DNA from: Paraphysomonas bandaiensis | Lineage: Eukaryota; Protista; Chrysophyceae | DNA: 64,000 nucleotides | Direction: 5' to 3' | NCBI GenBank assembly: GCA_965644295.1 | Contig: CBFFRP010000200.1 | Location: 124,001-188,000, forward strand | Shown here: one piece after another, positions 1 through 16,162 of the stretch | How the letters are laid out: every line of letters begins with the position of its first letter | Position numbering within the stretch: the first letter of the stretch is position 1 | Translations under genes and position numbers: made by a program | Notes under the pieces: generated by a model | The model's input: the letters and a program-made list of their open reading frames with translations, nothing else | Databases searched by the model: none | What the model was told of the DNA's origin: nothing

Positions 1-2020
1 TATGGACGTGTATCCATGAGGTACAGAAGGGACTAGTCAGGGGAACGCCCCTTGGGGTAGGGCACCGCAGGACTTCGTGGAGGAGGATTCTGTATCAGGG
101 AGGCTAGTGTTCCTAACCTAGATACAAAGGGTGAGGCGGTATATTGGGACCCCGGCGTGTCTTGGGGCGTGTTGGGCCTGGGGCAGAGGAGTAGCTGATG
201 GAGTTGGCATTGTGGCGTATCCGCTGAGGCGGGGGTAGTGGAAGAGGAAGACGACCCGTGGGGCGCGTTAGGTCTCCACCTTTTAGACGTAGTAAGCGTA
301 GAACCCGCGGTTTCCGCTGGGTATTGTTACATACATTTAATCGTGTGTTGCCACGTGTTTGACGGAACCCGCGGATTCCGCCGTGTGTTGCTTCCTGTGT
401 TGCCACGTTGTTGACGCGGTCTCCTTAGGTGCGACAACATGATGACAACTGCAATCCTGAAGCATTAGTTTGGCTGCAGCGAAAAGCGGTTGAAGAAGGG
501 TAACAACTGCTATTTCGAGGGCACGAAGAAGTCCACGCGAATTTAAGGTGCAGTTGTATTACGCTCCAAAAACGCTTTCCATTTGAGCGTAGGTGATAGT
601 TCCTGTCCAGAATCGTTCAACTTGCGGAAGTGAAGTTTCCAGGCTCTGCTGGAGAGTTTCTTGAAAATGGCTGTACTCCATGTAGGGGGTAGGGTCGAGT
701 CTCGTTGTTGGAGTTCCCGAATTCACTCCGTCTTGTGTACCTGAATAGCGGATTCTCGTATCTGAGAGATGGAGGCGTCGTGTGGGCAATCAAGACACAG
801 GTGTTTGAGAGAGAGTAAAGTGAAAGCCACAGTCGGATATCATCTGGCTTTGTTCAGGTCGAGTGCAAATTTTGTTTTAGCCCTATTCCTACCAATGCTG
901 AAGGGTTTGTCCCATGTCAGTATTGTATTGAGTATGCACTGTCGTAGTTTGTGCGGAAGTAAGGCACTGCTCTCTTTCCAGTATCCAGTTGCACGATGCA
1001 GATTATGAACACGTAGAGTTGATCGCGGAGTGCAGTACAAGTCTTCAAAGTCCATTATTGATCAAGATGGGATTGAATATCAGTGATTAAGGGGTGGGTA
1101 TAATAAACGTCCGGCGTGTTCCGGACAGACGCTAGTGCCATATTATTCCGGACCTAAGAATACGTTCCATGGCTCTGACAACATCAATTTCACAGAAAGT
1201 GTAATTGTTGCGGTCAGCCTCCAACCATTCACCACCTGCAGCCGCGTCTGCTATGTAAATTCCTTTGTTTTCATATGTCCATTGAGTTTCGTCAGTCCTC
1301 TCAGGGTGTGAGCGAACCCAATAAATGTTCCTCTCAGTGCACACCTTGGTTTTCGCGATGCTCTCGAGGAAGAACTCTTTAGCACGATGCCTTCAAGTGC
1401 GCGTCGTCGTGTGGAGAGGGCTTCCCTAGTTATCATGCATACAGCCTTACAATCTGTATTTCAATAGAAATGTGGACGGGAGCAAGTGAGGATAGTATGA
1501 GAGCTATAACAACTGCTAGTAGTTCGTACGCATACGAATCAATACCAGGTATGTCTCTCATCACAGGAGTCATTATCACATCACTCCGGTGGAAGCAAAT
1601 ATTATGGACATAATAATATATATAGTAATAATGCGTTATATGTACTTCAATGTTTAGATCTCTTACTATAATCTACTAGTAGAGTAGTACGACTTATACT
1701 CTAGTATAAAACGTGGGGGGGAAATCCCACGTTTGCATAATATGTTTACATCGGAGTGATACCATCGCGTGTGGGGACCAACATACGTGTGAGGCGGCGT
1801 GGCCCAAGAAACTGCTACTTGTATGGGCCATCCGTGAAGATTGCATGACATGAATCTGGTAAGAAGTCTACAAGGTTAACATATATATCTGTGATTTCAG
1901 TTAAAATGTTCTCATCTAGGGGGTCAGGCGTAGCTGTTGTACCTACTTCCGCACCCTATTCGCGGAGGCTTATAGAGTGAAATGGTGGTGTGCAGGCAAT
2001 CGTGAGAAGGGTGAGGTGAT
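1..2020 (-). mobile_element. Degenerate non-LTR (LINE-like) retrotransposon, 3' part with RNase H and CCHC knuckle
   Basis: Minus-strand translation across frameshifts gives RNase H motifs in order: IFTDG (~1825-1845), SYAYELLAVVIAL (~1500-1540), TDCKAV (~1440-1460), WVRSHPER...GIYIADAAA (~1235-1325). Then SDCG...KHLCLDC (~785-840) and PQVERFWTG. Homologous to 5790-6790 and 53390-54010. Boundaries approximate. Confidence 0.75.
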
Positions 2021-2559
2021 TCAAATTAATCAAAATTATAATAGTTTTTATTTTGTATATAGCTATGTATGTAATTACAAATGCAACAATATTAGGTTCA
2101 ATAAGCTTCAAACCATTGCAGCACAGCTAAGGTGAGGTATTCCGCTAATTCGAGAACGGGGAACAGAAATATATGGAGAGTTGTTGAAATAATGGACAAC
2201 ATTCATTTTAGTGAATGTCTTATTATTAGCAATATGCGTTTAAGAGTGACGTGTATCATACATAAGATAAGGTATAAGGGGTGTAAACGAATTATTAATC
2301 TTAATATTGGTGTGCATCCTTGGTATATATATGTGCACTCCGATTAATATTAACACTTGCAATACTCATAACCCCTATATTATACTATTCCTTATTTTCT
2401 CTTATATGTGACATTTCAGGACATACTGGACGACGGTGCTGACAGAACGAACTACAGGCATAGAAACGAGTAAAGAGTTTAACCAAACGCATTCCATCTT
2501 TACATTCAGTGAGAAGTTATTTTCAACTTTTCAAGGAACAACAAACATTATTTATAACT

Positions 2560-2695
2560 AGTAATGAAAGTCTTATTATTACCAATACCCGTTTAAGAGT
2601 CAGAAACAATGTTGAATTGCGATTCAACTAACTAGTGCTTAAATCTGATACCCTAATGTTTTGCACTACGAAAGCTGCTTGTAGGTCACCGCAAT
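2560..2695 (-). repeat. Dispersed repeat family fragment (hairpin module plus tail)
   Basis: Reverse complement contains ...CAAGCAGCTTTCGTAG...TTAAGCACTAGTTAG...TAATAATAAGACTTTC, shared with the copies at 19420-19855, 28880-29680, 52960-53200 and 63416-63780. Confidence 0.7.
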
Positions 2696-3259
2696 TCATA
2701 AATGTCATTTACTAAATTTCTAAATTTATATCTTCACTACAACCTCTCCATATCATCAGATATTAGACAGTCGCGATCTTACACAGGTAATTTATTTCAG
2801 TTTCACTTCATATCATATCATTAATTCGTGTAATACTGCTTTATACAACTGTATTCTTCAAGTAACGGTAGCAATTCAAATACCTTAAAATGCAGCTTTA
2901 AATTGCTGGCCAATAACATTTATATATATTAAATAAATCTTAATACTTAAATTAATCTTCACAAAGGAATACATAACTGAATTGTCTCAGCCTACTAGTT
3001 AATCGGGAGCAAATAGTTTTCTAGCACATCAAGCCGTAGATATTATCGTATGTTCCACTATCGCAATGCTGAAACAACACTAATAGAGAAAGACATCACC
3101 AATTCAAAACCACAAATGACGATAGGGTATGTGAATTAACCATGAAAATAAAAAAATACTGCGCGACAACGATATCAACGGCAGAAATATTATACATATA
3201 TAATCATTTTTATAGTATGGTACTTCACATGAACTGTATCAACACTTAACCAAAAAGTT

Positions 3260-4636
3260 CTATACCCTATCCTCATTAGACAAAATAATGTCGCCTGGTT
3301 GGTCGATTGGGAACTCGTCTCCATGTAATGATTCGTAAGCTTGATGTTCTGACGTCAACGAAGGGGGATGAGCACCGCCTCTATCCTGGTACGATAGGGT
3401 CCCTGCTTTGCCCTTCTTGTCGTCAACATGCTTCCTTTGTGGGTGTGGATACCAATTGGTGAGATCTGCCTCTTTGAACGACACATTTCCGGGAGAGTGG
3501 ATATCTGGTGTAGAAATTTCGTGCATCACAAGCATCAGTTTTTTATATCCACTCTCACACATTTGCATGTAACTGAATTATCGAGAAGTTCAAAATGAGT
3601 GTAATTATTATACATGTAATTCATTTACCAACCTATTCTTCGGGAAATCAGCAGCATTAGAGCCCAATGGGTTAGAGAGGAGACGGTATATTGTCAACAG
3701 CCCGATGAATACGAAGCACATAAGCACTAATGTCATATACCCCCAAAACACTTCCCTGGTCTGACCAAGCTTCAGTCCTAATCCAATCACACCTGCTGAC
3801 ACAAAAATGGCCTGTATAATAAACGCGTAAACTACTACCGCAACAACCTGTACGAATGCATACGGAAGCTGCGTTCGAATATAAACCAAAACCATTGACG
3901 AATTGCTCCGTATGTTCTCAACGTCATCAATGAGTGTTTTCATTGTAACCGCACCTTCTCCAAGCATATCACCAAGTAAACCGGAAAACGCGAGACGTTG
4001 TATTAAGATCTGAATCCATCCGTAAATGATATTCGGGTTCAGCCCCTTTATCTTGCTGAGATAGGCACACTCGTTGGCCGAAATAATTTTACGCTTTACT
4101 AAATCTGATAAATCCATTTGCTTACTTGCAGTCTTATACAAAAGAGCATGAGCCAAATTTAAATATCTATAGATTTGTTGTTGTGATCGTCTGGCATCGA
4201 ATTCAATTTTTGGGTCTATGTTAACAAGAGTACACGAAAATACCGCTGCCAAAGTTATTATCACACTGTTCCCTTTTCCAATGACACCTTGTAAATGCGT
4301 ACGAATACACCACCATCTCATTATTAGATGAGATATAAATATAACAGTAACGAAAGCAGCGACTGCGCCCATAGTCATATGTCTGTAGTCGTTCTGCGGC
4401 ACAGGAACACAGAAATCTGAGAATTCTCTATAAGAGCAGCTCGCATAGGCAAGAAATGTTGTCGAAAGAACTGCAGTGATGATAAATACACAGAATCTAA
4501 CGGTTATTATGGATCCTCTTATGGGTATGATCCATCCATAGTCTAAGACAGCATCCGTGTTATAGGAGAGAATAGACGGACCCTCGCTCTCATAAGAGAC
4601 CACACTATCCACTAGCAAGTTCATAGCGAAGGTCAT
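3260..4636 (-). CDS. Bestrophin-family anion channel (2 exons; intron ~3573-3632)
   Basis: Several TM segments; motifs RGSI, MRWW, QLPYAFVQVV, LSNPLGSNAADFP. The C-terminal tail is in ORF 3260-3568. Confidence 0.85.
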
Positions 4637-5030
4637 ATGGAGTTATACATAATCCGGTGCATGGGCTCGATAACTAGACAACTATGCAGACATATATATG
4701 CATATTCCCACTGGATCGATCATGTTCTATGGTGTATTCCACGGCACACAGATCCACTATATACTGGAGATTTTCAGACTATAGATACTCGAAAAATAGG
4801 GATTTTGTGTTTTTCGAAGAAATATTCTGTATATATACACATCATTCATATACAGAACATACTGTACATCTAGATACACATATGAATACCACAGCAGCAG
4901 CAGCAGCAGCAGTGTAGAGTGTATAGGTATGTATACCTACACGCACAGCAGTGGATGGATGCATAGATATTCTGTATGTGTTGATAGATAGTGCATCGAG
5001 CAATTCAAACACGTGTATTGCTTTCAATTC

Positions 5031-5465
5031 ATGGCTCCTTTACGTAAGAAAACTTCCATGGCGACTAAGTCTATAGCCAGTCGTTCAGTTCGAGTGACAG
5101 ATTTCCAGCGGTCTGTGTATGACATGTGCTGTAAGGTCCCTGCAGGTGACACACACATATACATATATATATATATATGACTGGTTGTAGGGCGAGTAAC
5201 AACGTATTCTCTTATAGCAGCAGCGCTCAAGAAGCCTGGTGCAAGTCGAGCTGTAGGCAACGCCCTCCGCAATAACCCCTTTGCCCCTGATGTCCCCTGT
5301 CACCGGGTCGTCGCATCAAACAGAACTCTTGGAGGGTTTCATGGAGCAAGAGAGGGACCTTTCATGAAAAAGAAAATTAATATGCTCAAGGAAGAGTCGG
5401 TTAAATTTGACTCCGACGGCAAAGTAAATGCCGAGTGCGTTGTGTCTCCGACCGGGCTTCAGTAG
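5031..5465 (+). CDS. MGMT: O6-methylguanine-DNA methyltransferase, 129 aa; exons 5031-5145 and 5191-5465
   Basis: Not in the ORF track. The spliced translation reads ...VTDFQRSVYDMCCKVPAGRVTTYSLIAAALKKPGASRAVGNALRNNPFAPDVPCHRVVASNRTLGGF..., with the arginine finger (RAVG) and the PCHR active site. The intron is a 45-nt GT-AG. Confidence 0.93.
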
Positions 5466-5684
5466 TGTGCAATGAGTGATTTATACATGTTATGGAGGTA
5501 TAGTTTTCAGCTGCATATCTATCATGCCCGGAAGCTCTATGATACATTCAGTGCGGTTCTGCTCTTTTTAAACGTTGTTTTTCTGCTTTGGCTCACATTG
5601 TGTCTTTGTGCTTTTATTTTGAGTAAATTAGTAATTTTTGTCTATATTATGTTGGTGAAGCCTGTTATCTATATATTGTATTGA

Positions 5685-6790
5685 AAGTCTTATTATTTAG
5701 CAATAGGCGTTAGAACTCTGCACCAATGTAGTGGCTAGTTGAATGCTAGACAGACTATTTAGACCTCTAGCCATAACTAATCAGCACAAACCTCTATTAT
5801 CCTACTATATAACTAGGGGGTCCTTTGTGTAGAGTAGTATATCGGCGACTGCGATCCTGCAGCATGAGTTTTGCTGCAGCAAAAAGCGGGAGAAGCTGAC
5901 TGATGACCGCTATCTCAAGTTTGCGCAGTCTTTGGGGTGTAAGGGACTCATGGATGTGATCTCCAAAAACCATCTCGAGTTGAGCTGTGGTGATAATACC
6001 TGTCCAGTATCTCTCCACCTGCGGAATGGAGGGGCTCCAGGCTCTACTGGAGAGCCTCTGTAGCGCACTGGAGGTCCAGTGGGTAGATCATGATCTCTCA
6101 GTATATCATGAAGCGCGTTTTTGTGTCTTTGAAAAACGCCGTCTCCCGTATCTGGGTGATGGTGTCATGTGTGCAGTCTAGACACATGTGTTCAAGTGAG
6201 TCTAGTCAAAAGCCACAGTCAGAACATGCAGCTTTGGCCAGGTATAGAACTTGTTTGGTCTTCTCCCGGTTCCTCCCTATGCTAAAAGATTTGTCCCATG
6301 TCAATGCTGCATTGAGCACTCTCCGGCGTAGGTGGGAACTGTCTTTATCCTTGGATGGACTACCCTCTGCTTGTGCCAGTTTGTGCGGGAGTAGTGCCCC
6401 ACTATCTGACCAGTATCCTAGGGCCCGGTCGGGATAGTGATCTTAGCGTTGATCTCGAAGTGCAGTGTAGGTATTCAGCGTCCGTTGGCTGCGGAGGGTT
6501 TGGTAGTCAGTGAGTAGGGGACTCGTGTGATGCGGGCTTTGCTCCCCTGGTAGCTCCCCAGTGCCACAGACCCGCCGTCAGTATTCGTTCAATGGCTTTT
6601 GGTCAACTTCGATTTCACAGACAGTGTAATTTTGTCGGCCCAGCAGTCGGTCAACTTCAAGCCAGTCCTCCCCTGCTACGGCGTCTGCAATAATGTAGAT
6701 GCCTTTGTCTTCATATATCCATTCAGATTCATCCGTGGTTTGTCGTTTGGGGTGTGATCGGACCCAGTCTGCATGATAATCTGCGAACGA
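5685..6790 (-). mobile_element. Second degenerate copy of the RNase H LINE 3' end, with 3' tail repeat (5685-5795)
   Basis: WVRSHP..., GIYIIADA, CSDCGF*LDSLEHMCLDC knuckle, PQVERYWTG. The tail matches the reverse complement of 29570-29680. Confidence 0.75.
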
Positions 6791-7454
6791 CCTACTGATA
6801 ATGGCAAGACATCAAATCAGAGTATTATCTCATGTCGAACAGAATTAAAACTCGAGACTAGCATACAATAACCATATTGAGGTGTATGAAACAGGTTGCA
6901 ACAGTAAGATACGGTACGTAAGGAAAACAGATAAACCAAGTCAGGTTTTTATAATTTGTAGCTAGAGAAATTAGTCAATATTAGAACCTTCGTTAAAAAT
7001 GACTTTTATGTTAGAGTTGTATTACAAAATAATGTAACCAACCCCCTCTATTGCTGTGGAGTGTTACGTGTAACCTCACCTTGATGACATACACTGGGTT
7101 TGAATTACTTGATGTTGTTTGAGAGAGTGTTGCTTGCATATCAGTGCGCCGATCGAAGATGTTTGTAACTATTGTTGACATGTTAGATCTACACTGGCTG
7201 CTGATCTCACAGTTCGTATCCTCCTTCGAAAAATATGGCGCTCTAAATCTTGTAAACACTAAATACGGGGTAATGGAACAGTCTCAAGCAACTGTAATTC
7301 AATGCTACGATATTTCATCTTATAATTAATAATGCTACTTGTATTAAATAATCAGATGCCTCATCAATTGTATGCAAACGAAAATCATACTTAGCTATGG
7401 CACGTGCAACCACTACAAACCAAAAAAAATGTAATGGCATCGTGTTAAACTAAT

Positions 7455-9921
<2,467 letters not shown>

Positions 9922-10244
9922 TTAACTCAAGCAGGTGCAATAAATATATACAATCAACAGGATTGCACGGAGTGTAGTGGTATTATTGTACTGTGTGTGT
10001 GTGTATGTGTGTATGTATATATAGTAAGGGCTGGAGAATTTGCTTTGCAATGTTCCTTTCAGGTTAAGTGCGAAATATTCCAGAAAATATCTTGAGTAGG
10101 CACTGAAGAGAGTTTCATTTATTAGATTTCATTGATAGGAAATGAGTTGCAGTGTGGCGAAAAACAAAAACTGTATAACTGATATACAACACTGTATATA
10201 TGCAGTCCAGTTGGAGTGTTGGATGTTGGATGATTGGAATGATG

Positions 10245-10420
10245 GGTATATACATCCCATGGACATGGAGGGTCCTGTGAACGAAGCCAATTCAGAACAT
10301 CCAAGTGTCCAACTCCAGAAGCAGTAGAGCAAGGGTATATATTCCACAGACATGGAGGGTCCTGCGATCGGAGCCACCTTCATAACATGCAAGTGTCCAT
10401 CGCCAGAACTGTACCTTCCA
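10245..10420 (-). pseudogene. Fragment of an ankyrin-like repeat gene (GHLxVLxWLRSQDPPCPWD type)
   Basis: Two tandem units, GHLHVM-WLRSQDPPCLWN (frameshifted) and GHLDVLNWLRSQDPPCPWD, with no intact long ORF. Confidence 0.65.
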
Positions 10421-11248
10421 AGAAACTACCACAGAAGTTGAGATAGGACATGCAACGGTGTTGTGCTTTACGTCCACATCGAATTGAATATGAAAATAGT
10501 ATCTAATTCAACATTTGGCAATTGAGCGAATATTAGTGGAAGAGATGACATCTATACAATGTTAGTACATCTCATGATCCTTATCATGACATCATGCCAC
10601 TAATCTTTTCATTATCATAAAACTTTTATAATGATGTCACTTCTATCTTAGTAGTACCTTCTTAGATTACTTCGATGTGGGATTCTCTGAACAGAGTTTA
10701 TATAAATGCTATTTAATAACTTGAGTTGTCACTGCTTATTGTTTATTTTAACGTTTTGTGATATTGGCATCATAATTGGTTTCTCGACCAATTCGTATAA
10801 TAGCATATTCTTTGCGTCCAACGCAACAGCAGGACATTAAAACTTGCCCCAGCAGAAGCTTATTTTCAAGTATGATGTAGCTTTTAAATATGAGCCTCGT
10901 CAAATTTCTTTTGACAAAACCTGTAATATTATGATAACTCAATCGCATCATGTACAGATGATCAGCGGAGAATCTCCTTGTCTGAATCCAGTGTACGTTG
11001 CATACTACTGGTGTTATTCTTACCAGAGCATATCCATCAGTAGTATTAAAATACAAAATGTTTAGTGTTAGGCGGATGGATGATGTACACAATGACGGCA
11101 AATTACGCACTGCCAACACCAATGCTACACTAATATGACTCTGCACTAACTACATATGCGCTTCATCTTCCACTCGATTTTGGTGTCGTGTACATATCTT
11201 GCATGAGCAGCAAAACTGACGCACACAAACACCATATTAACACACCAG

Positions 11249-12863
11249 TTAATCTTCATCTTCTTCATCCTCTTCAGTTTCGGAAAACTTTGGCATGGAC
11301 CGCTTCGGTGCAGGCGTCTTTTGAGGAACAGCATCACCAGGCATTTCATGTGCTTCGTTGGCACCTTTACCGCGTCCCTGAATCTGGGCATACAGATTAG
11401 AGCTAGCAAGAATGGGACCTGCAATGGCCAAGAAGATCATCATGATGTCTTCGTCATCGCTAGTAAACACTCCACCACCGTTGACCTTGTTGATAAGCTG
11501 AATCACGCCAATAACTTCATCCCCAGATTTAATCGGCATGCACAGAATAGCCTTCGTGCGGTACCCAGATTTCTTGTCGATAGCCTGGTTAAACTGCGGG
11601 TGCTCATAAGCATCAGGAATATTAGCAACAGTGCCAGTAGTTGCAACGTTCCCCGCAATTCCTGATTCCATTGGAATACGTATATTAACCTAAACCAAGC
11701 CATAGATGGGTTAATACGTGTTAGATCTCGTGTCAATATCTCACCTCTCCCTGCATGGCGAATAGTCCTTTGTGAACGTTATCCACCAGAAATAAGGTGC
11801 ATCTATCAGCATCTACAACCCTGGTTGTCCGCTGGGTAATAGTGAATATGAGAGAGTTCACACCCATCTCGCCCTGCATCGCCCGAATAATGTCCAGAAG
11901 AGAGCGGAACTTGTCGCGCGAGTCCTCGGAATTCCGGAAGAGATTTGCGTTCTGTAAAGCAATCCCTGCCTGAGTGGCGAGCATGTTCATTACGTCATCA
12001 TCGACTTGTCCAAAAATGCCATCCTTTTTGTTAATAGCCTGCAGCACACCAACGATCCTTCCATCTGCACTGCGAATAGCCATGCACAAAATTGTGGTAG
12101 TGCGATATCCAGTAGCCTTGTCTGCACTGCAAAAACACCGTTCATTAGGTAGCACAACGCAAAGAGGCAATCTTACGTGTCACTAAATCGTGGGTCCGAG
12201 TAGGCATCGACAATATTTATTGTTTCTCCTGTTGCTGCGACTGTCCCAGCAATACCCTGTATATCTTATTTAAGACGAATATCCAAAGCTCGAATCACAA
12301 TTCGTACCTGGCCAACTGGAACGCGGATATTCTTGGCACCTTCAGCAACACATAGAACCAGCTCTTGAGCTGCAGCATCAAGGGTAAAAATTGTCGCACG
12401 ATCGCAGTTAAGAATACGGCATGTCTCGGTAACAATGTTATTTGTAGCCTGTAAATAGTTACAAGGGCATACGTAGAGATTAATAGCGAACCTGTAGGGG
12501 ATCCAAATTTGCAATGGTCCGAGACGCGTCAAGTAACTTTTCCATCGCATCTACCTTACGACGCATTTCTTCGAGTTGTTCAGGAAGAGTCTTTTGAGCA
12601 GTTTCGACAGTTTTTCCGTGAATGACACCATGCTCATCTACGAGAGATGTTGCTTCCGTGTAGCACGTTCTTAGCCAGTCCGTTACTTGTTCAGGACGAA
12701 ATTCACCACCGCCACGCTCGGATAACTTTGCCCCTAGAATATCTCTACAATACTGTAGAGGATCGACTGGGCGATTCAGAATAACTTCAGCAGTTAACCA
12801 TTCCACCAAAGATTTCCAGTTGACTCTGTTCAAATACTCTGTTGCCTTCTCGTTCGTTGCCAT
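11249..12863 (-). CDS. Multi-exon protein: RIIa/Dpy-30-like docking domain, coiled coil and two PDE-type GAF domains
   Basis: N-terminus EYLNRVNWKSLVEWLTAEVILNRPVDPLQYC. GAF motifs CDRATIF...NIVDAYSDPRF...DKATGYRTTTILCM...INKKDG.F...D and DRCTLF...NIPDAYEHPQF...DKKSGYRTKAILCMP...INK...F...DE. Acidic tail. Confidence 0.85.
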
Positions 12864-13464
12864 AACTATCTCCTGTACTACACTCCAATATCAGTCCCAA
12901 ACTTACTGCAGCAGATACTTAATGTGTCAACAAGACAGATATAATATTTCGACTATGTGTCTATTGGTCGCTCAGCTCTGTATAGAGTGAAGATGCGAGC
13001 GTTGCTATGGGGTGCTATCGGGTGCTGTTATACAAATTGTTGCACAACTTGCTCCCAACATTATGATACGCATGAATACATTGGAATACACTTGTATACA
13101 CTATATGGATTGGTGTGCTTTTTCTCGCATGTACATCCCATTTGAAAGACTGAAAAATGTCGGTTTTTTCCGAGACTGCGTTTGAATCCTTCTTTTTGTG
13201 GCAATCCAGAATGGTCGAATATTCTGAGATGTGTACTACAGTTGTGTATGTTACTGTAGTTCACTGTATGGGAACAAATATTTCGAGGTTCCTAGCACTG
13301 GACCAGACCATACAAGTATGCACGTACTGCTGTACATGTATATGGTATATACAGGACACCTGCGTGCTTGGAGTTTACAACTACTCGCTCACTCGTCAGA
13401 CCGTACCACAGTGTTACAATTTATAGGGCTCATATAGTCAAAGGAGTATTAATTTTTTGCCAAG

Positions 13465-14331
<867 letters not shown>

Positions 14332-15277
14332 TTTCTCTGACCAAAGGTCATGTCGTTCAATCGAACGGAATTTGCAGTCGCTAAATTACTTATTTGATAC
14401 GTTTTCAGTCGTCCATGTTCTGTGATAGTATCATTCGTTTTCTATGGCGTGGACAACGCATATGTATTGATTTTCACATCAGTAACAATATAATCACAAT
14501 GAGTTTACACCATGCTTATTGCTGTCACATGCCCTGATTAATGTGCAGTACTATGCCATATGTAGTGGATATAACAGTTCCAAGCCTGATTATTCATGCG
14601 AAAAAGAGCTTGTGAATGCGGTAGTTGAGTAGGATCAGTATACATATAGATGTATTTATTTTTATTACCGTACCAGTTACTTAAAGCACGCCATCAATGA
14701 AACATTTTAGACATTAGACATAGTATGATTTAGATTCTCACTATTAGTATGTAGTTTTGTAAAATATATTCCTACTTGCAAAGCTATAAGCTACGAAGTA
14801 ATGTGATATAAACATATAAACATCGATGATGGACTGAATTAGATTCAGCTGATGGATGTATTATATATAATAATACATGCAGGGCCTTGAAACCGTTAAT
14901 GGGTTGCTATTGGCTCGAAGGAAATCCAACGATTCTAGACGATATGGATATATATTTCGACGCTCAAGTGTAATATTTAACTTTATACGGTCATCTTATA
15001 ATTTATGCATGCATAGTATTCAAAATGTATGTAACTAGTGTACATTGTAGCCGCAGAGCTGAAGTAGAAGTAATGTTGACGAAATACATTGTACTTGCCG
15101 TTACTACACAAAATACTTTAACGATGTAACAAGTAATTTTTAGTAAGTAATAAGTAATCATATCAGTCTATTATGTGTATAATACTATGTAAGAGTAGTT
15201 TTAAGTTTTAAGCATTATAGAAAAATAAATCACCAGTACTTTTACAAATAAGTACACAATTCTTATTCTCATGCAAG

Positions 15278-15460
15278 GAGACGTTTTTTGACAAAGTGGA
15301 CCAGCCCTCCACTTGTCGGACTGTATTTGGTCCCACTCGAAATAAAAAAATTGTACTCATTTTGACTACAATTTCAAAGCTCTACACTCATGTTCCATAC
15401 GAAAAAACACAATACAAAAAAAGTGGGACCAGACTGGTCCGCTTTGTCGAAAAAAGTCTC
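15278..15460. mobile_element. 183-bp MITE-like element
   Basis: Imperfect ~27-bp terminal inverted repeats (GAGACGTTTTTTGACAAAGTGGACCAG / CTGGTCCGCTTTGTCGAAAAAAGTCTC), an inner inverted pair TGGTCCCACT/AGTGGGACCA, and AAG on both flanks. Confidence 0.6.
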
Positions 15461-16162
15461 AAGGCATACTTCACATGCACTTGATACTGAAATAGTAAAG
15501 ATAACGAAATTCTCATTTGACAACGAGGCGAAAATGTGATGTACTGCATGTATACAATACCTCCATTTCTTAATGGATAGGAAGAGTATGCTACCAAATT
15601 TGAATAAGAATTTCTCTTCCTGACTCGGTGAAATCCATAAACACATAATCAGTGCAGTCATTGTGGAGCTCAAAACCATAATTATGACTAGGATTTCATC
15701 CAGTTAGATAGATTATTACACCAATTACGGTGCGACTAGGTAATTCCACCATTTTGACTAGGTCGAATAATAGATTCCGTTTGCGTTCACTGGTCAATTC
15801 TGGAACGGTACTCTTTCGTATACAACAAATGATATGTGTTGCAAATGAATACATAATTCCCGCAATTCTGTTTCAGGTCACTCGAAAAACACTTACCCAG
15901 AGCAATAGTCACCGATGATAAACTCTGTCCTTTCATAATACATAAATATTTAATTTGATAGGGACCTATGATTCCATCTAGTCAAAACGATGGAATTATA
16001 ATTCTCATGTTCACCAATGTCCTCTTAACTCAATGAACCAATAATATAAAAACGTAGATATCTTCTCCTCTATATCCATCCTACCCAACAATATTACCAA
16101 GCGATGTGAATTTATCAAGTACACAACGGTTGCAGTAAATCAAATTCAACATATTTATGTGA

